Of a stretch of 64,000 nt of DNA, positions 34,826 through 44,665 are shown piece after piece (positions within the stretch are counted from its first letter, which is position 1; every line of letters starts with the position of its first letter). The translations under genes and the position numbers were made by a program. The DNA is taken from positions 448,001 through 512,000 of the forward strand of contig OY969585.1 in NCBI GenBank assembly GCA_963701295.1, in the 5' to 3' direction. The notes beneath the pieces are model-generated. The model saw only the letters and a list, made by a program, of their open reading frames with translations. It was not told where the DNA came from and did not search any database. This stretch comes from Ignavibacteriota bacterium (GTDB lineage: Bacteria > Bacteroidota > Ignavibacteria > UBA10030).

Positions 34826-36010
34826 CTACATGATTAAAGATCTCTCCATTGCATCTCCAACTTTTCTGGAAGAGCCGGCGCGAAGCTCATTTATAATTCC
34901 GGGTATTATATCTGTTACAGTATTCACTTCTTCTTCTGTTGTGTAACGGCTCAATGAAAACCGTATCGATCCGTGAATAGCATCATCCGGCACTCCCATT
35001 GCCCGCAAAACATGACTCGGCTCGGAAGAACCTGATGAACATGCCGATCCGGCTGAAGCGCAAATGCCGTATGTATCAAGTCGATGTAAAAGAGCCTCGC
35101 TGTCAACATGAGAAAAACTTATACTTGACGTATTCGCCAAACGCTCTGAATCACAGCCATTGATAAATATGCCTGAACATGTACTCTTCAACTTTAATTC
35201 TAAAAGGTCCCTGAGCCCGGCAACACCCGTCTGTTCGCATGCAATATTTTCCAGGGCAAGCTCGCATGCTTTTCCGAGGGCAGCAATCGATGCCAGGTTC
35301 TCGGTGCCGGCTCTCTTTCCGCATTCCTGATGGCCGCCTAATAAATAGGGAAAAAACTTGCAGCCTTTTCTTACATACAGTACACCGATACCTTTCGGCG
35401 CATGCAGTTTGTGGCCCGACATTGAGAGCATATCCACACCAAGCTTTTTCACATCTATTGGGACCTTCCCGACAGCCTGAACCGCATCGGTATGAAAGAG
35501 TATTCCGCGTTCACGGCACATCGCACCAATTTCTGCGATCGGAAAAATTACACCGGTCTCATTGTTCGCATACATGATTGAAACTATTACAGGTTCGTCA
35601 TCAATTGCATTCATGAATGCATCGATATCAAGCCTTCCCGCTCTATCGACCGGCAAATAGGTGGCTTTATATCCTTTCTGTTCCAAATGCTTTACAAGAT
35701 TAAGAACTGCAGGATGTTCTACTTGAGATGTGATTATATGCCGTTTATTTTCACCTAACTGAATCGCGCTTGAAATCGCTGTATTATCACTTTCCGTTCC
35801 GCAGCTTGTAAAAATTATTTCCTCCGGCTCTGCGCCTATCAGTAATGCGACATTTTCTCTGGCCTGCTCTATTTTGTAATAAAGATTTCTGCCAAAGGAA
35901 TGACTGCTCGAAGGATTGCCGTATGATTCTTTTAAGTAAGGGAGCATTTCGTTCAAAACCTCGGGCGAAATAGCAGTAGTAGCGTTATTGTCCAGATATA
36001 TGGTTTTCAT
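34826..36010 (-). CDS. nifS: cysteine desulfurase NifS/IscS type
   Basis: YLDNNATT, FTSCGTESDN, HTDAVQAVGK, SGHKLHAPKG, SAGSACSSG. Confidence 0.9.
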   Translation of the reverse strand: MKTIYLDNNATTAISPEVLNEMLPYLKESYGNPSSSHSFGRNLYYKIEQARENVALLIGAEPEEIIFTSCGTESDNTAISSAIQLGENKRHIITSQVEHPAVLNLVKHLEQKGYKATYLPVDRAGRLDIDAFMNAIDDEPVIVSIMYANNETGVIFPIAEIGAMCRERGILFHTDAVQAVGKVPIDVKKLGVDMLSMSGHKLHAPKGIGVLYVRKGCKFFPYLLGGHQECGKRAGTENLASIAALGKACELALENIACEQTGVAGLRDLLELKLKSTCSGIFINGCDSERLANTSSISFSHVDSEALLHRLDTYGICASAGSACSSGSSEPSHVLRAMGVPDDAIHGSIRFSLSRYTTEEEVNTVTDIIPGIINELRAGSSRKVGDAMERSLIM

Positions 36011-36029
36011 TTTTTCTCTCTTTGAGTTT

Positions 36030-36464
36030 TCATGAACATCTTACATTTTCTTTCTGAAGAATCTCATATAATATGCCGGCCGCCTCGGCGGTTAATTTTT
36101 TGCAATCCAGTTTGATTTTCTGTTTCTCCATCAAATCCAGAATTTTTTGACAATTTGTGGAACTAAAATTTTTTAAAAACTGATTCCTGAATTCAGCTGA
36201 CAATGAATACACCTTTTGTTTATCATCACTTGGATCCTCCCGTCCAAACAAGCAGCCCAGGGCTATAATGCCGCCGGTCAAAGCTCCGCAGGTCTCGCAA
36301 TGGGATCTGCCGATTCCCCCGCCAAAACCGGAGGCAAATTTTGTAATACCTGGATCCGGTTCTTTATTATACAATTCCACAAACGATTTTAGAATTGCCT
36401 CAGCACAGTTGAATCCTGAGTGGAGAAACGTAAAGGTCTTCTGTTCAATATCTACCTTTGTCAT
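36030..36464 (-). CDS. C-GCAxxG-C-C family putative redox protein
   Basis: FNCAE, GFGGG, TCGALTGG, TNC, LDC. Confidence 0.88.
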   Translation of the reverse strand: MTKVDIEQKTFTFLHSGFNCAEAILKSFVELYNKEPDPGITKFASGFGGGIGRSHCETCGALTGGIIALGCLFGREDPSDDKQKVYSLSAEFRNQFLKNFSSTNCQKILDLMEKQKIKLDCKKLTAEAAGILYEILQKENVRCS

Positions 36465-36529
36465 GATTTTTCTCCTTAAATTATTGCGTATTTAGAAAGT
36501 TGAATTTTTACGATTATAAGTCTATATTT

Positions 36530-36595
36530 ATATTAATCAATCGGAAACGTTGTGTCAATAGTCCAATATTGATACTGTAAATCGGATAAATCGAT
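36530..36595 (-). promoter_or_regulatory. promoter of the redox/nifS operon and LysR-type operator
   Basis: TTGACA-17-TAATAT on the minus strand (36530-36558); ATCG-N7-CGAT T-N11-A dyad at 36581-36595. Confidence 0.6.
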
Positions 36596-36616
36596 AGATA
36601 AAGGGCTATTAAAATT

Positions 36617-37519
36617 TTGGATATAAAGCAATTATTCACTTTTAGAACAATAGCAGCGCTTGGCAGTTTCAACAAGGCCGCAGATGCGCTTAACTATGCA
36701 CAATCGACGGTATCCGAGCAAATCAAAGCGCTTGAAGGAGAATTGAGTGTAAAGCTATTCAATAGAGATGGAAAATATATATCGCTCACTCCGGCGGGTG
36801 AACTTTTTCTACAATACGCTCAAAAGATGATAAACCTTGAAGAAGAGATTCGAACGGAAATAAAAGGAAGCGAAGAAGTTCATGGTTCTTTATCAATTAG
36901 AATTCCAGAAACCATCAGTACCTATTACCTGCCTCCGGTTTTAAAAATATTTAAGAGCCGTTTTCCCCATGTTGATTTTCATTTTAATTCCTGCTCTTCT
37001 TATGGGTTACATGAAGAATTGCGTTCCGGAATAATTAATCTCGCATTTTTGATAACCAAGGACTTCCGGGATGTTGATTTAGAAACACATACTTTAATGG
37101 AAGTTCCGTTAATGATGGTTACATACCCGAAAAATCCAATTGCAGCAAAATCCATTGTGCAGCTAACCGATATAAAAAATGAACCCATATTTGTGACGTC
37201 CAGTGATTGCAGCTATTTCAAAATATTGGAAGAACTTTTTATCAATAAGAAAATCAAGATGTCAACATTATACCGTATCAACAGCATTGAAGCAATAAAG
37301 CAAAATATTGCTGCAGGTACCGGAATCGCCCTTCTTTCAAAGATAGCCGTGCATGAAGAAATATCGAAAGGTTCACTTGTTGAATTGCCTTTGGAAAAAG
37401 GACCTTCGAGCGCCAACATGCTCATGATCCGCTTAAAAAATAAATGGCATCCGCCTATTTTGGAAGCATTTATGGAAATAATGAAAGAAACTTTATCCCT
37501 ACAGCTTCACCCCTCGTAG
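36617..37519 (+). CDS. LysR-family transcriptional regulator
   Basis: GSFNKAADALNYAQSTVSEQIKALE..LF.R..LTPAG helix-turn-helix; divergent from the redox/nifS operon. Confidence 0.93.
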   Translation: MDIKQLFTFRTIAALGSFNKAADALNYAQSTVSEQIKALEGELSVKLFNRDGKYISLTPAGELFLQYAQKMINLEEEIRTEIKGSEEVHGSLSIRIPETISTYYLPPVLKIFKSRFPHVDFHFNSCSSYGLHEELRSGIINLAFLITKDFRDVDLETHTLMEVPLMMVTYPKNPIAAKSIVQLTDIKNEPIFVTSSDCSYFKILEELFINKKIKMSTLYRINSIEAIKQNIAAGTGIALLSKIAVHEEISKGSLVELPLEKGPSSANMLMIRLKNKWHPPILEAFMEIMKETLSLQLHPS

Positions 37520-37592
37520 CCTCAGCGAATTCGTTACTACACTTACAGAACTCAACGCCATTGCTCCTGCGGCAAACATCGGGTTAAGTAAA
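37499..37592 (-). repeat. displaced copA 3' end, copy B
   Basis: 94 bp with 11 differences from 37863-37956, all synonymous in the copA frame. Confidence 0.95.
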
Positions 37593-37754
37593 ATTCTTTT
37601 ACTTGCGCCTGCGAAATCGATAGAAGTATACTGGGCTAAGGCGCGAGAGTACTTATTATATCCGATTGATACGTTCTAAACATATTACTCATTGTATCCT
37701 GAATCCGAACTCCACCTTGAGATAACACATTTCGATTTCGCATGCGTTTCTTTC

Positions 37755-37786
37755 TGCTGCTTTCTTTTCGCCAAAAGAAAGCAGCA
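37755..37786. terminator. 14-bp hairpin downstream of copA
   Basis: TGCTGCTTTCTTTT-CGCC-AAAAGAAAGCAGCA. Confidence 0.65.
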
Positions 37787-37862
37787 TTAAGCACAATTCA
37801 CATATCAGTTTTAAGTTACATGTTTCCTGGATTCCCGCCTTCGCAGAAGAGAAAGTAACACC

Positions 37863-40121
37863 CTACAGTTTCACCCCTCGTAACCTCAGCGAGTTCGTCA
37901 CCACACTCACGGAACTCAGCGCCATTGCCCCTGCAGCAAACATCGGGTTGAGTAAACCCATCGCCGCCAAGGGAATGCCGATACTATTATAGACAAATGC
38001 CCAGAAAAGATTCTGCTTGATCGTGCGCATTGTCTGTCGGGAAAGCCGGATTGCCCGGAGAACTCCTCTGAGATCGGATTTCATCAAGGTAATATCCGCC
38101 GTTTCCATGGCTATATCCGTGCCGGTTCCTACGGCAATGCCTACATCTGCCTGCGCCAGCGAAGGCGCATCATTCATCCCGTCGCCCACCATTGCCACGA
38201 TCTTCCCCGCCGACTGAAGTTCTTTTATTTTCGCGGCTTTATCCTGTGGCAAAATTTCCGCAAACACTTTTTCGATACCGGCTTGTGCGGCAATTGCGCG
38301 CGCTGTGCGGGAGTTATCGCCCGTGAGCAGAACGAGTTCGAATCCCATTTCTTTCAATTCCGCTGCCGCTTTTTCCGATGCAGGATGAAGCGTATCCGCA
38401 ACGGCAATGATACCGAGAAGTTTGCCATCGGCGGCAACTAAAATTGACGTTTTGCCTTGCTCCGAGAATCGGAGGATTGCGCTCGATGCAATCGCGGTAT
38501 CGATGGATGCATCCCGCATCATCTTCTCGCTCCCCACCGCCGCCTTTCTGCCGATCACAGTTCCCTCGACTCCAAATCCCGTGAGAGAGCGGAAGGAATC
38601 CGTTTCAACCAACACAAGAGAACGATTTGTTGCTTCCCGCACAATGGCTGTACCCAGCGGATGCTCGGATTTTTTTTCCAGCGAAGCCGCCAAACGCAGG
38701 ACTATCTGTTCATCGATACCATCAAAGCCTTGAATGTCCGTTACGGAAGGCGTGCCGGAAGTGATAGTACCGGTCTTATCAAACACAATCGTATTTATTT
38801 TATGCGCCCGCTCTAGACTTTCGGCATTTTTGATCAGCACACCGAGCGTCGCACCTCTGCCGGTACCGACCATAATCGCCGTGGGGGTTGCAAGTCCGAG
38901 TGTGCACGGGCACGCAATAACAAGAACCGCAATGGCATTCATCAAAGCTGATGCAAGACCAATTCCAAGAACGATATACCAAACGCAAAACGCCGCGAGA
39001 GCAATCACCATTACAACAGGCACAAAGACAGAAGCAATTTTGTCGGCAAGATGCTGAATGGGAGCTTTGGAGCCCTGCGCTTCTTCGACAAGCTTTGCAA
39101 TGTGCGCAACAACCGTATCCGCGCCGACAGCAGAGGCACGGAATTCAAAACTTCCGTTTCGGTTAATCGTACCGCCGATTACCTTATCGCCGATGCTTTT
39201 TTCAACGGGAATACTTTCGCCGCTCACCATCGACTCATCGACGGAAGAAGAACCTTTGAGGATCAAGCCGTCGACCGGAATGCGTTCGCCGGGCCGCATG
39301 ATTAAGACATCACCGACAGTAACATACGCAATCGGAATTTCAAACTCTGTATAGTCTTTCATGATCCGTGCAGTCTTCGGCTGAAGTCCCAATAATAGTT
39401 TTATGGAATCGGATGCCTTGTGTTTTGCGCGGGCTTCGAGCATCCTTCCCATCAAAATGAGCGTAATAATGACAGCCGCTGAATCGAAATAGACATTATA
39501 GAGATTCGTGCCCGCTGGAAACCATTGCGGGAAAAGCACAACAGCGGCGCTGCAGAGAAATGCCGCTCCGGTGCCGACAGCAACCAGGGTATTCATATCC
39601 GCCGCAAAATGTTTTGCCAGTTTCCATGCAGGTTTGAAAAAACGTTTTCCGGAAATAAACATCACCGGTATCGTGAGAATAAGCAAAAGTCTATTGACTT
39701 CATCCATCGATAAAAGAACGAGGGTCATAAACCACACGGTCATGCTCAGCATATTGATCAGCACGATGGGAACGGTAAATATGAGGCTGAGGAAAAATTC
39801 ACTCTTGAGCTGGCGGTAGGATTTTTCTTGATGAGAATCTTCCGAAGACTGCCCTCGTACTTGACTAAGAGAATCTTCGGAAGATTTCCGAGGCAGGACT
39901 AATTGATATCCTGCACCATCAACAGCTTTTGCGAGTTCTTCGAGAGACGTTTTTTCCGGATCGAATGAGAGCGCAACTGCTTCCGTTGCAAGATTGACAC
40001 TGGCGGTTTCAACGCCGTCGATTTTCTTCAGTGTTTTTTCGACCCGTGCAACACAGCTTGCGCACGTCATTCCTTCCACGGGCAGCGTCAATGTTTCTAT
40101 ATGATGAGCAGGCTCATTCAT
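37863..40121 (-). CDS. copA: Cu(I)-translocating P1B-type ATPase
   Basis: GMTCASC HMA domain, CPC, DKTGT, SEHP, GDGMND, YN and MALSS motifs. Confidence 0.93.
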   Translation of the reverse strand: MNEPAHHIETLTLPVEGMTCASCVARVEKTLKKIDGVETASVNLATEAVALSFDPEKTSLEELAKAVDGAGYQLVLPRKSSEDSLSQVRGQSSEDSHQEKSYRQLKSEFFLSLIFTVPIVLINMLSMTVWFMTLVLLSMDEVNRLLLILTIPVMFISGKRFFKPAWKLAKHFAADMNTLVAVGTGAAFLCSAAVVLFPQWFPAGTNLYNVYFDSAAVIITLILMGRMLEARAKHKASDSIKLLLGLQPKTARIMKDYTEFEIPIAYVTVGDVLIMRPGERIPVDGLILKGSSSVDESMVSGESIPVEKSIGDKVIGGTINRNGSFEFRASAVGADTVVAHIAKLVEEAQGSKAPIQHLADKIASVFVPVVMVIALAAFCVWYIVLGIGLASALMNAIAVLVIACPCTLGLATPTAIMVGTGRGATLGVLIKNAESLERAHKINTIVFDKTGTITSGTPSVTDIQGFDGIDEQIVLRLAASLEKKSEHPLGTAIVREATNRSLVLVETDSFRSLTGFGVEGTVIGRKAAVGSEKMMRDASIDTAIASSAILRFSEQGKTSILVAADGKLLGIIAVADTLHPASEKAAAELKEMGFELVLLTGDNSRTARAIAAQAGIEKVFAEILPQDKAAKIKELQSAGKIVAMVGDGMNDAPSLAQADVGIAVGTGTDIAMETADITLMKSDLRGVLRAIRLSRQTMRTIKQNLFWAFVYNSIGIPLAAMGLLNPMFAAGAMALSSVSVVTNSLRLRGVKL

Positions 40122-40324
40122 TGAATCGAAATAACTTTGTATCCGGCTTCTTCTATTTTCTCGGAAAGAACTTTGATGACATTTTGATCGTCATACCAGA
40201 CTCGCGCTTTGCCGACCTGCACATCTTCGACTTCCAATCCATCGACTGAGTCGAGTGCTTGCTTCACATGCGACACACAGTGACTGCAGCTCATTCCCTG
40301 TATCGTTAATTCGTGAGATTTCAT
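40118..40324 (-). CDS. copZ: CopZ-like heavy-metal chaperone
   Basis: GMSCSHC HMA motif; stop overlaps the copA start. Confidence 0.88.
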   Translation of the reverse strand: MKSHELTIQGMSCSHCVSHVKQALDSVDGLEVEDVQVGKARVWYDDQNVIKVLSEKIEEAGYKVISIQ

Positions 40325-40411
40325 ACATTTTCCTTTTTCTTCTATGAGATGCTCTATGTTTACAAAACGGCTCTTTTCATCATGAACAATGGAACCATGA
40401 AGATGGTTTCA

Positions 40412-40440
40412 GTAGTGGCGATTCATGAATCGCCACTACA
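40412..40440. repeat. GTAG-type REP element
   Basis: GTAGTGGCGATTCATGAATCGCCACTAC perfect palindrome next to the RAYT gene. Confidence 0.88.
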
Positions 40441-40487
40441 ATTTAAAAACGGCACCGGATATTTTCAACATTTCCCGGCAATAAACC

Positions 40488-41057
40488 TTATATCTTTCCC
40501 TTCAACGGATTTTCATTATCATATAACCATTTCACCGGATTATTCATAATATAATCCCGGATGTTGTTTAGATCTTTATCGCTGCGGATGATGTGCTCGT
40601 GATAATTGCGTTGCCATACGGAATTTCCCGATGTATTCCGGAAAAGATTTATTCCTTTTGCCGAAGTCATCTTGAACCGTCCGATGATTTTGGATAATGT
40701 CATTTTCCTTCGCTGTTGTTGTGTCGTTGGTAGGGGCGATTCATGAATCGCCCCTACAGGTTCGGTTAAAGCAATGATGCCATGGATATGATTCGGCATT
40801 ATGACAAATCCGTCTAATTCCACATTCTGATAATACGCTGATATCTCCTCCCAACATTTCTTTACTATTTCTCCTTCCGGAGATAATCGCATCATCTCTT
40901 CCTCAATTTCACCGAAAATACATCCATGATTATGTGTACATATCGTGACAAAATATTCTCCAGGAGATGAATAATCATACTCTTTTAACCGAATAGAACG
41001 GCGCTTGTATCTGTTGATACTGTCCAACGATTGACGTACCGGTAGTAATTCTTTCAT
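40488..41057 (-). mobile_element. REP-associated tyrosine transposase (RAYT, Y1 HUH)
   Basis: RRSIRL..YDY, YFVTICT, MPNHIHGI (HUH), WQRNYHEHIIR, YI..NP. Confidence 0.92.
40730..40758. repeat. REP element in frame inside the RAYT gene
   Basis: GTAGGGGCGATTCATGAATCGCCCCTAC, translated as VGAIHESPL. Confidence 0.88.
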
Positions 41058-41144
41058 TATCTATTTAATCTAAAGGAACAAATAAGATGGTTTTAGAGTT
41101 CATATATATAGACAAAGAGTATAGGCGATCATTTTCAATGTTTC

Positions 41145-41173
41145 TTGACAATCACGTGAACTTATAATACTTT
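41145..41173 (+). promoter_or_regulatory. sigma70-type promoter of the metal-uptake operon
   Basis: TTGACA-17-TACTTT ending 9 bp before the leader ORF. Confidence 0.55.
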
Positions 41174-41182
41174 AATATTGAG

Positions 41183-41488
41183 ATGAAAATCAAGATTTAC
41201 AAGCCTATTCTTCGAGCAAAAAAATACTTGCCGCTTTTATTGCTTGTCGTGCTGCTTTCAAGCATGGCTATCGCATCTTTTCATAATCACCATTGTACTG
41301 AAAATTCCGATAATTGCATCGCTTGCAGTTTACAGTATTCATTCTCTACTATGACGATTGAATCGGCAGCCCACAGCACTGTGCTCCCGCGGCCGCTTTC
41401 TGAATCTCTCGTCACCCTGAACGAGAAAATTACAGATCCATCTCAAAAAATTGTTTGTTCTTCTCACGCCCCTCCTCAATTCAGCTAA
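41183..41488 (+). CDS. DUF2946-like leader protein (signal/TM, His, CxxC, C-terminal HAPP)
   Basis: ...FHNHHC...CIACS...SSHAPPQFS*. Confidence 0.75.
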   Translation: MKIKIYKPILRAKKYLPLLLLVVLLSSMAIASFHNHHCTENSDNCIACSLQYSFSTMTIESAAHSTVLPRPLSESLVTLNEKITDPSQKIVCSSHAPPQFS

Positions 41489-41626
41489 TCCCTTAATAAA
41501 GAATTTTATCGCTTTCTCTTGCTGCCGTGAAGAGCAGCGGGATTCGGTTTATGTGATATTGCACGATGCGCAATCATATTCTTGTCATTGCCCATAGTGG
41601 TATTACAATAATTTTAAGGAGTTCCT

Positions 41627-42910
41627 ATGAAGTTGAAAAAAACATGCATTTCAGTATTGCTTCTATTATTATTTCTTTTGCCGGGCGGATTGATTTGGGC
41701 ACAATCGAGAGAAGGATCTGCCTTCGATCAGTCCAAATTTGTCCCGGATATTGCGCTCATTCTCGATGTTTCCGGTGTTGCACGGGACATGGCGGATCAA
41801 AAATATTATTCTCTGACCATTCCCGGTTTCAGCTATCCATTCCTGAATCAGCCAAGTTCTTCCGGATTGAATGCGCACCGCGGAATGAATTTTAATTACG
41901 GTGAATTGTCGCTGTATTCCGTCGTCGATCCGTATTTCGACCTCTTTGCCGTTATCGACCTTGCGCCGGAAAGTGCTGGCCTGGAAGAAGCGTATTTTAC
42001 AACAAGGAAACTGCCGTATGGCTTTAAGATAAAGGCAGGAAAATTTCTCGCAAGCTTCGGCAAGGTCAACGAGCAGCATGAACATTACTGGGACTTTGCC
42101 AACCGACCGCTCATTGCAACAGCATTGTTCGGCGAGGATGGGCTGAATGAAATTGGCGCGCAAGCTACCTGGGTTGCGCCAGCCTCGTTTTTTCTTGTGT
42201 TCGGTGCAGAAGTGTTGAACGGCGATAACAAACAAAGTTTCGGTACCACGGGATTCGGCGATCCAAGTGGCAGCGTTGCCGTTGATGCTGTGCAGGGACC
42301 GAATCTTTATATCGGATTTGTCCGCTCGTCATTTGATATCGAGGAGGCTTCGATCTTGTTCGGTATTTCCAATGCAATGGGAACGACAAGAACCGATCAG
42401 GGCTTTTCTTCTATGGTAGGCACGGGAGAAGCCGTCAATGCGAGTACCGATATTGTTGACGGCGACCTGACCGTTAAATATTCTCTCGACGCCATCCGCT
42501 TTGTTTCACTCCAGGGCGAATATATGTATCGGGTGATGAACGGAACGGAATACACACGCGATTCGTTGAATGTTATTTCAACACCGAGTCTGGACAAGCA
42601 TAATTCCGGCTTTTATGCGCAGGTTGCCGCCAAGCTCGATCAGCTCTGGGAAATTGGCGTGCGGTATGACCTGCTGATGCAGAACGATGTCTCGCTCGGT
42701 GGAACGGATCAACACATGCCGTCGAATCTTCCACGGTATTCTGCGATGATCGAATATAGCCCGACCGAATTCTCACGGCTTCGCCTTCAGATCGACAGGG
42801 ACGAGAGCCGTTACGTGCAGGCATCCGGAGGATGGTCCCGGCAGCCGTATACACAAATTATTTTACAAGCGAACCTGACCATCGGCGCTCACGGCGCTCA
42901 TGCATTCTAA
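41627..42910 (+). CDS. outer-membrane beta-barrel protein associated with Zn/Mn uptake
   Basis: Signal peptide; PDIALILD, VDPYF, LEEAY, GKVNEQHEH, EFSRLRLQ, C-terminal GAHGAHAF. Confidence 0.75.
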   Translation: MKLKKTCISVLLLLLFLLPGGLIWAQSREGSAFDQSKFVPDIALILDVSGVARDMADQKYYSLTIPGFSYPFLNQPSSSGLNAHRGMNFNYGELSLYSVVDPYFDLFAVIDLAPESAGLEEAYFTTRKLPYGFKIKAGKFLASFGKVNEQHEHYWDFANRPLIATALFGEDGLNEIGAQATWVAPASFFLVFGAEVLNGDNKQSFGTTGFGDPSGSVAVDAVQGPNLYIGFVRSSFDIEEASILFGISNAMGTTRTDQGFSSMVGTGEAVNASTDIVDGDLTVKYSLDAIRFVSLQGEYMYRVMNGTEYTRDSLNVISTPSLDKHNSGFYAQVAAKLDQLWEIGVRYDLLMQNDVSLGGTDQHMPSNLPRYSAMIEYSPTEFSRLRLQIDRDESRYVQASGGWSRQPYTQIILQANLTIGAHGAHAF

Positions 42911-42947
42911 TAGAAAAAAAATTTCTCATTTATTTATGGAGCATGGT

Positions 42948-43838
42948 ATGAAATTATTTAAAATTATTTCGCTGGTGCTGCTGTGCGTGCAGACAGCATT
43001 CACAGGCCAGCTGCAGGTTGTGGCAACCTACGGTTATATCGGCGACATCGTTCAGCGCATCGGCAAGGATCGTGTAGAAGTGGTAGTTCTTGCACGGGGA
43101 GATTATAATCCGCATGTGATTATTCCCAAACCATCCTACATTGCCAAATTGCGAAGAGCCGATCTTCTCGTCATCAACGGAGGACAATTGGAGATCGGAT
43201 GGTTGCCGCAAATCATAAAACAGGCAAACAACGGCGCTGTGCAGCCGGGGGAACGGGGATTTCTCGATCTCTCCATGCATGTGCATTTGACCGACGTCCC
43301 GACGAGCGTTTCCCGTGAACTCGGCGATGTGCACCCGGAAGGGAACCCGCACTTCTTTATGGATCCCGATAATATCCCGATCGTTGCAAAAGCAATCACT
43401 GAACGGTTGAGCGAACTCGATCCCGATAATCTAGATTACTATGAAGCGAACAATAAAGAATTGTACGCATTGTGGCAGCAAAATATGAAAGTGTGGGAAG
43501 AAAAATTGAAACCGTTCAAAGGAGAAAAGGTCATCGAATATCACAAGATCTTCGATTACTTCTTAAACCGGTTCGGATTTGTTATCGCGGGCACCATCGA
43601 GCCGCTTCCCGGAATTCCACCGACAACAAAACACATCGCCGATGTCGAGAAATTGATCGAGCGGGAACAGGTGAAGTTTATATTTCAGGATGTCTACAAT
43701 CCGCAGGATGCATCGTTATACTTATCGAAACGGCTCAATGTAAAACTTATTGTTCTGCCGCATGATGTCGGAGCGGTAAAAGAAGCCGACAATGTGTTCA
43801 GCGTGTTTGATGAGATCGTGAGGAGGTTGACGCAATGA
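42948..43838 (+). CDS. metal ABC transporter substrate-binding protein (ZnuA/TroA family)
   Basis: NPH, NGGQLEIGW, GDVHPEGNPH, YHKIFDY, EPLPGIPPT; start at MKLFK after GGAG. Confidence 0.88.
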   Translation: MKLFKIISLVLLCVQTAFTGQLQVVATYGYIGDIVQRIGKDRVEVVVLARGDYNPHVIIPKPSYIAKLRRADLLVINGGQLEIGWLPQIIKQANNGAVQPGERGFLDLSMHVHLTDVPTSVSRELGDVHPEGNPHFFMDPDNIPIVAKAITERLSELDPDNLDYYEANNKELYALWQQNMKVWEEKLKPFKGEKVIEYHKIFDYFLNRFGFVIAGTIEPLPGIPPTTKHIADVEKLIEREQVKFIFQDVYNPQDASLYLSKRLNVKLIVLPHDVGAVKEADNVFSVFDEIVRRLTQ

Positions 43839-44596
43839 CCGACATACTTCTCTCAGCATTTCTTCTTTCGGTGGTATTGCTTGGTATACATTCTTATTTT
43901 GGTCTCGAGATTATTAAGAGAGGAATCATCTTCACCGATCTTGCCATCGGCCAGATGTCGGCATTGGGCGCCGCGCTTTCGATTCTTTTTTTTGACGGTC
44001 TCTTCATTTATCCGCTTTCACTTGTTTTTGCTTTACTTGCAGGTCTTGCCATTGCGATCGCATCCAAGCGGACTGTATCGCACGAAGCATTCATCGGACT
44101 TCTTTATGCGTTTGGAATTTCAGGCGTGTTTATCATCCTTTCCAAGTCGGCACACGGAATGGAGATGTTCGACAAGTTGATGGCATCCGATATTCTCTTT
44201 ACGCCATGGCCGGATATTATCGAGACGGCGATCATTTATGCCCTGCTCGGACTGATACTCGTCTTCGTGTATCCCCGCATGAAGGGATTCTGGAAAGACA
44301 CGCTCTTCTTCGTTTCGTTTGCGGCTACGGTCACAAGCTCCGTGCGATTGGCTGGAGTGCTCATCGTTTTCGCGCTCCTCGTCGCGCCTGCATATGTTGC
44401 ACTGAGGATCAATAAAGGAAAATTGCTTCTCACTGCCTGGATTATTGGGACGTGTGTAAATTTAGTGTCAATTCTTGTTTCCTATAATCTGGATCTGCCT
44501 ACAGGATATACGCTTGTGTTTTTTCATGCACTGCTTGCATTGAGCGTATCGATTTTATTTCCGATGACGAAAAAGAAGGAACAAGAGGTGGAGTAG
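43835..44596 (+). CDS. metal ABC transporter permease (ZnuB-like)
   Basis: RGIIFTDLAIGQ, EAFIG, GVLIVFALLVAPA, DLPTG. Confidence 0.85.
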   Translation: MTDILLSAFLLSVVLLGIHSYFGLEIIKRGIIFTDLAIGQMSALGAALSILFFDGLFIYPLSLVFALLAGLAIAIASKRTVSHEAFIGLLYAFGISGVFIILSKSAHGMEMFDKLMASDILFTPWPDIIETAIIYALLGLILVFVYPRMKGFWKDTLFFVSFAATVTSSVRLAGVLIVFALLVAPAYVALRINKGKLLLTAWIIGTCVNLVSILVSYNLDLPTGYTLVFFHALLALSVSILFPMTKKKEQEVE

Positions 44597-44665
44597 CTGT
44601 TTCTATTCCTATGGAACTTTTCTATAGCATTATCGTTACCATATAAGAAGTTCATCATTAAGATA

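Noticed and set aside
36030-36464. Possible selenocysteine in the C-GCAxxG-C-C protein
   Set aside because: All motif positions are ordinary Cys codons; the only TGA is the terminal stop just before nifS.
37821-37850. CTGGATTCCCGCCTTCGC half of a common palindromic repeat
   Set aside because: Single partial copy with no supportable function here.
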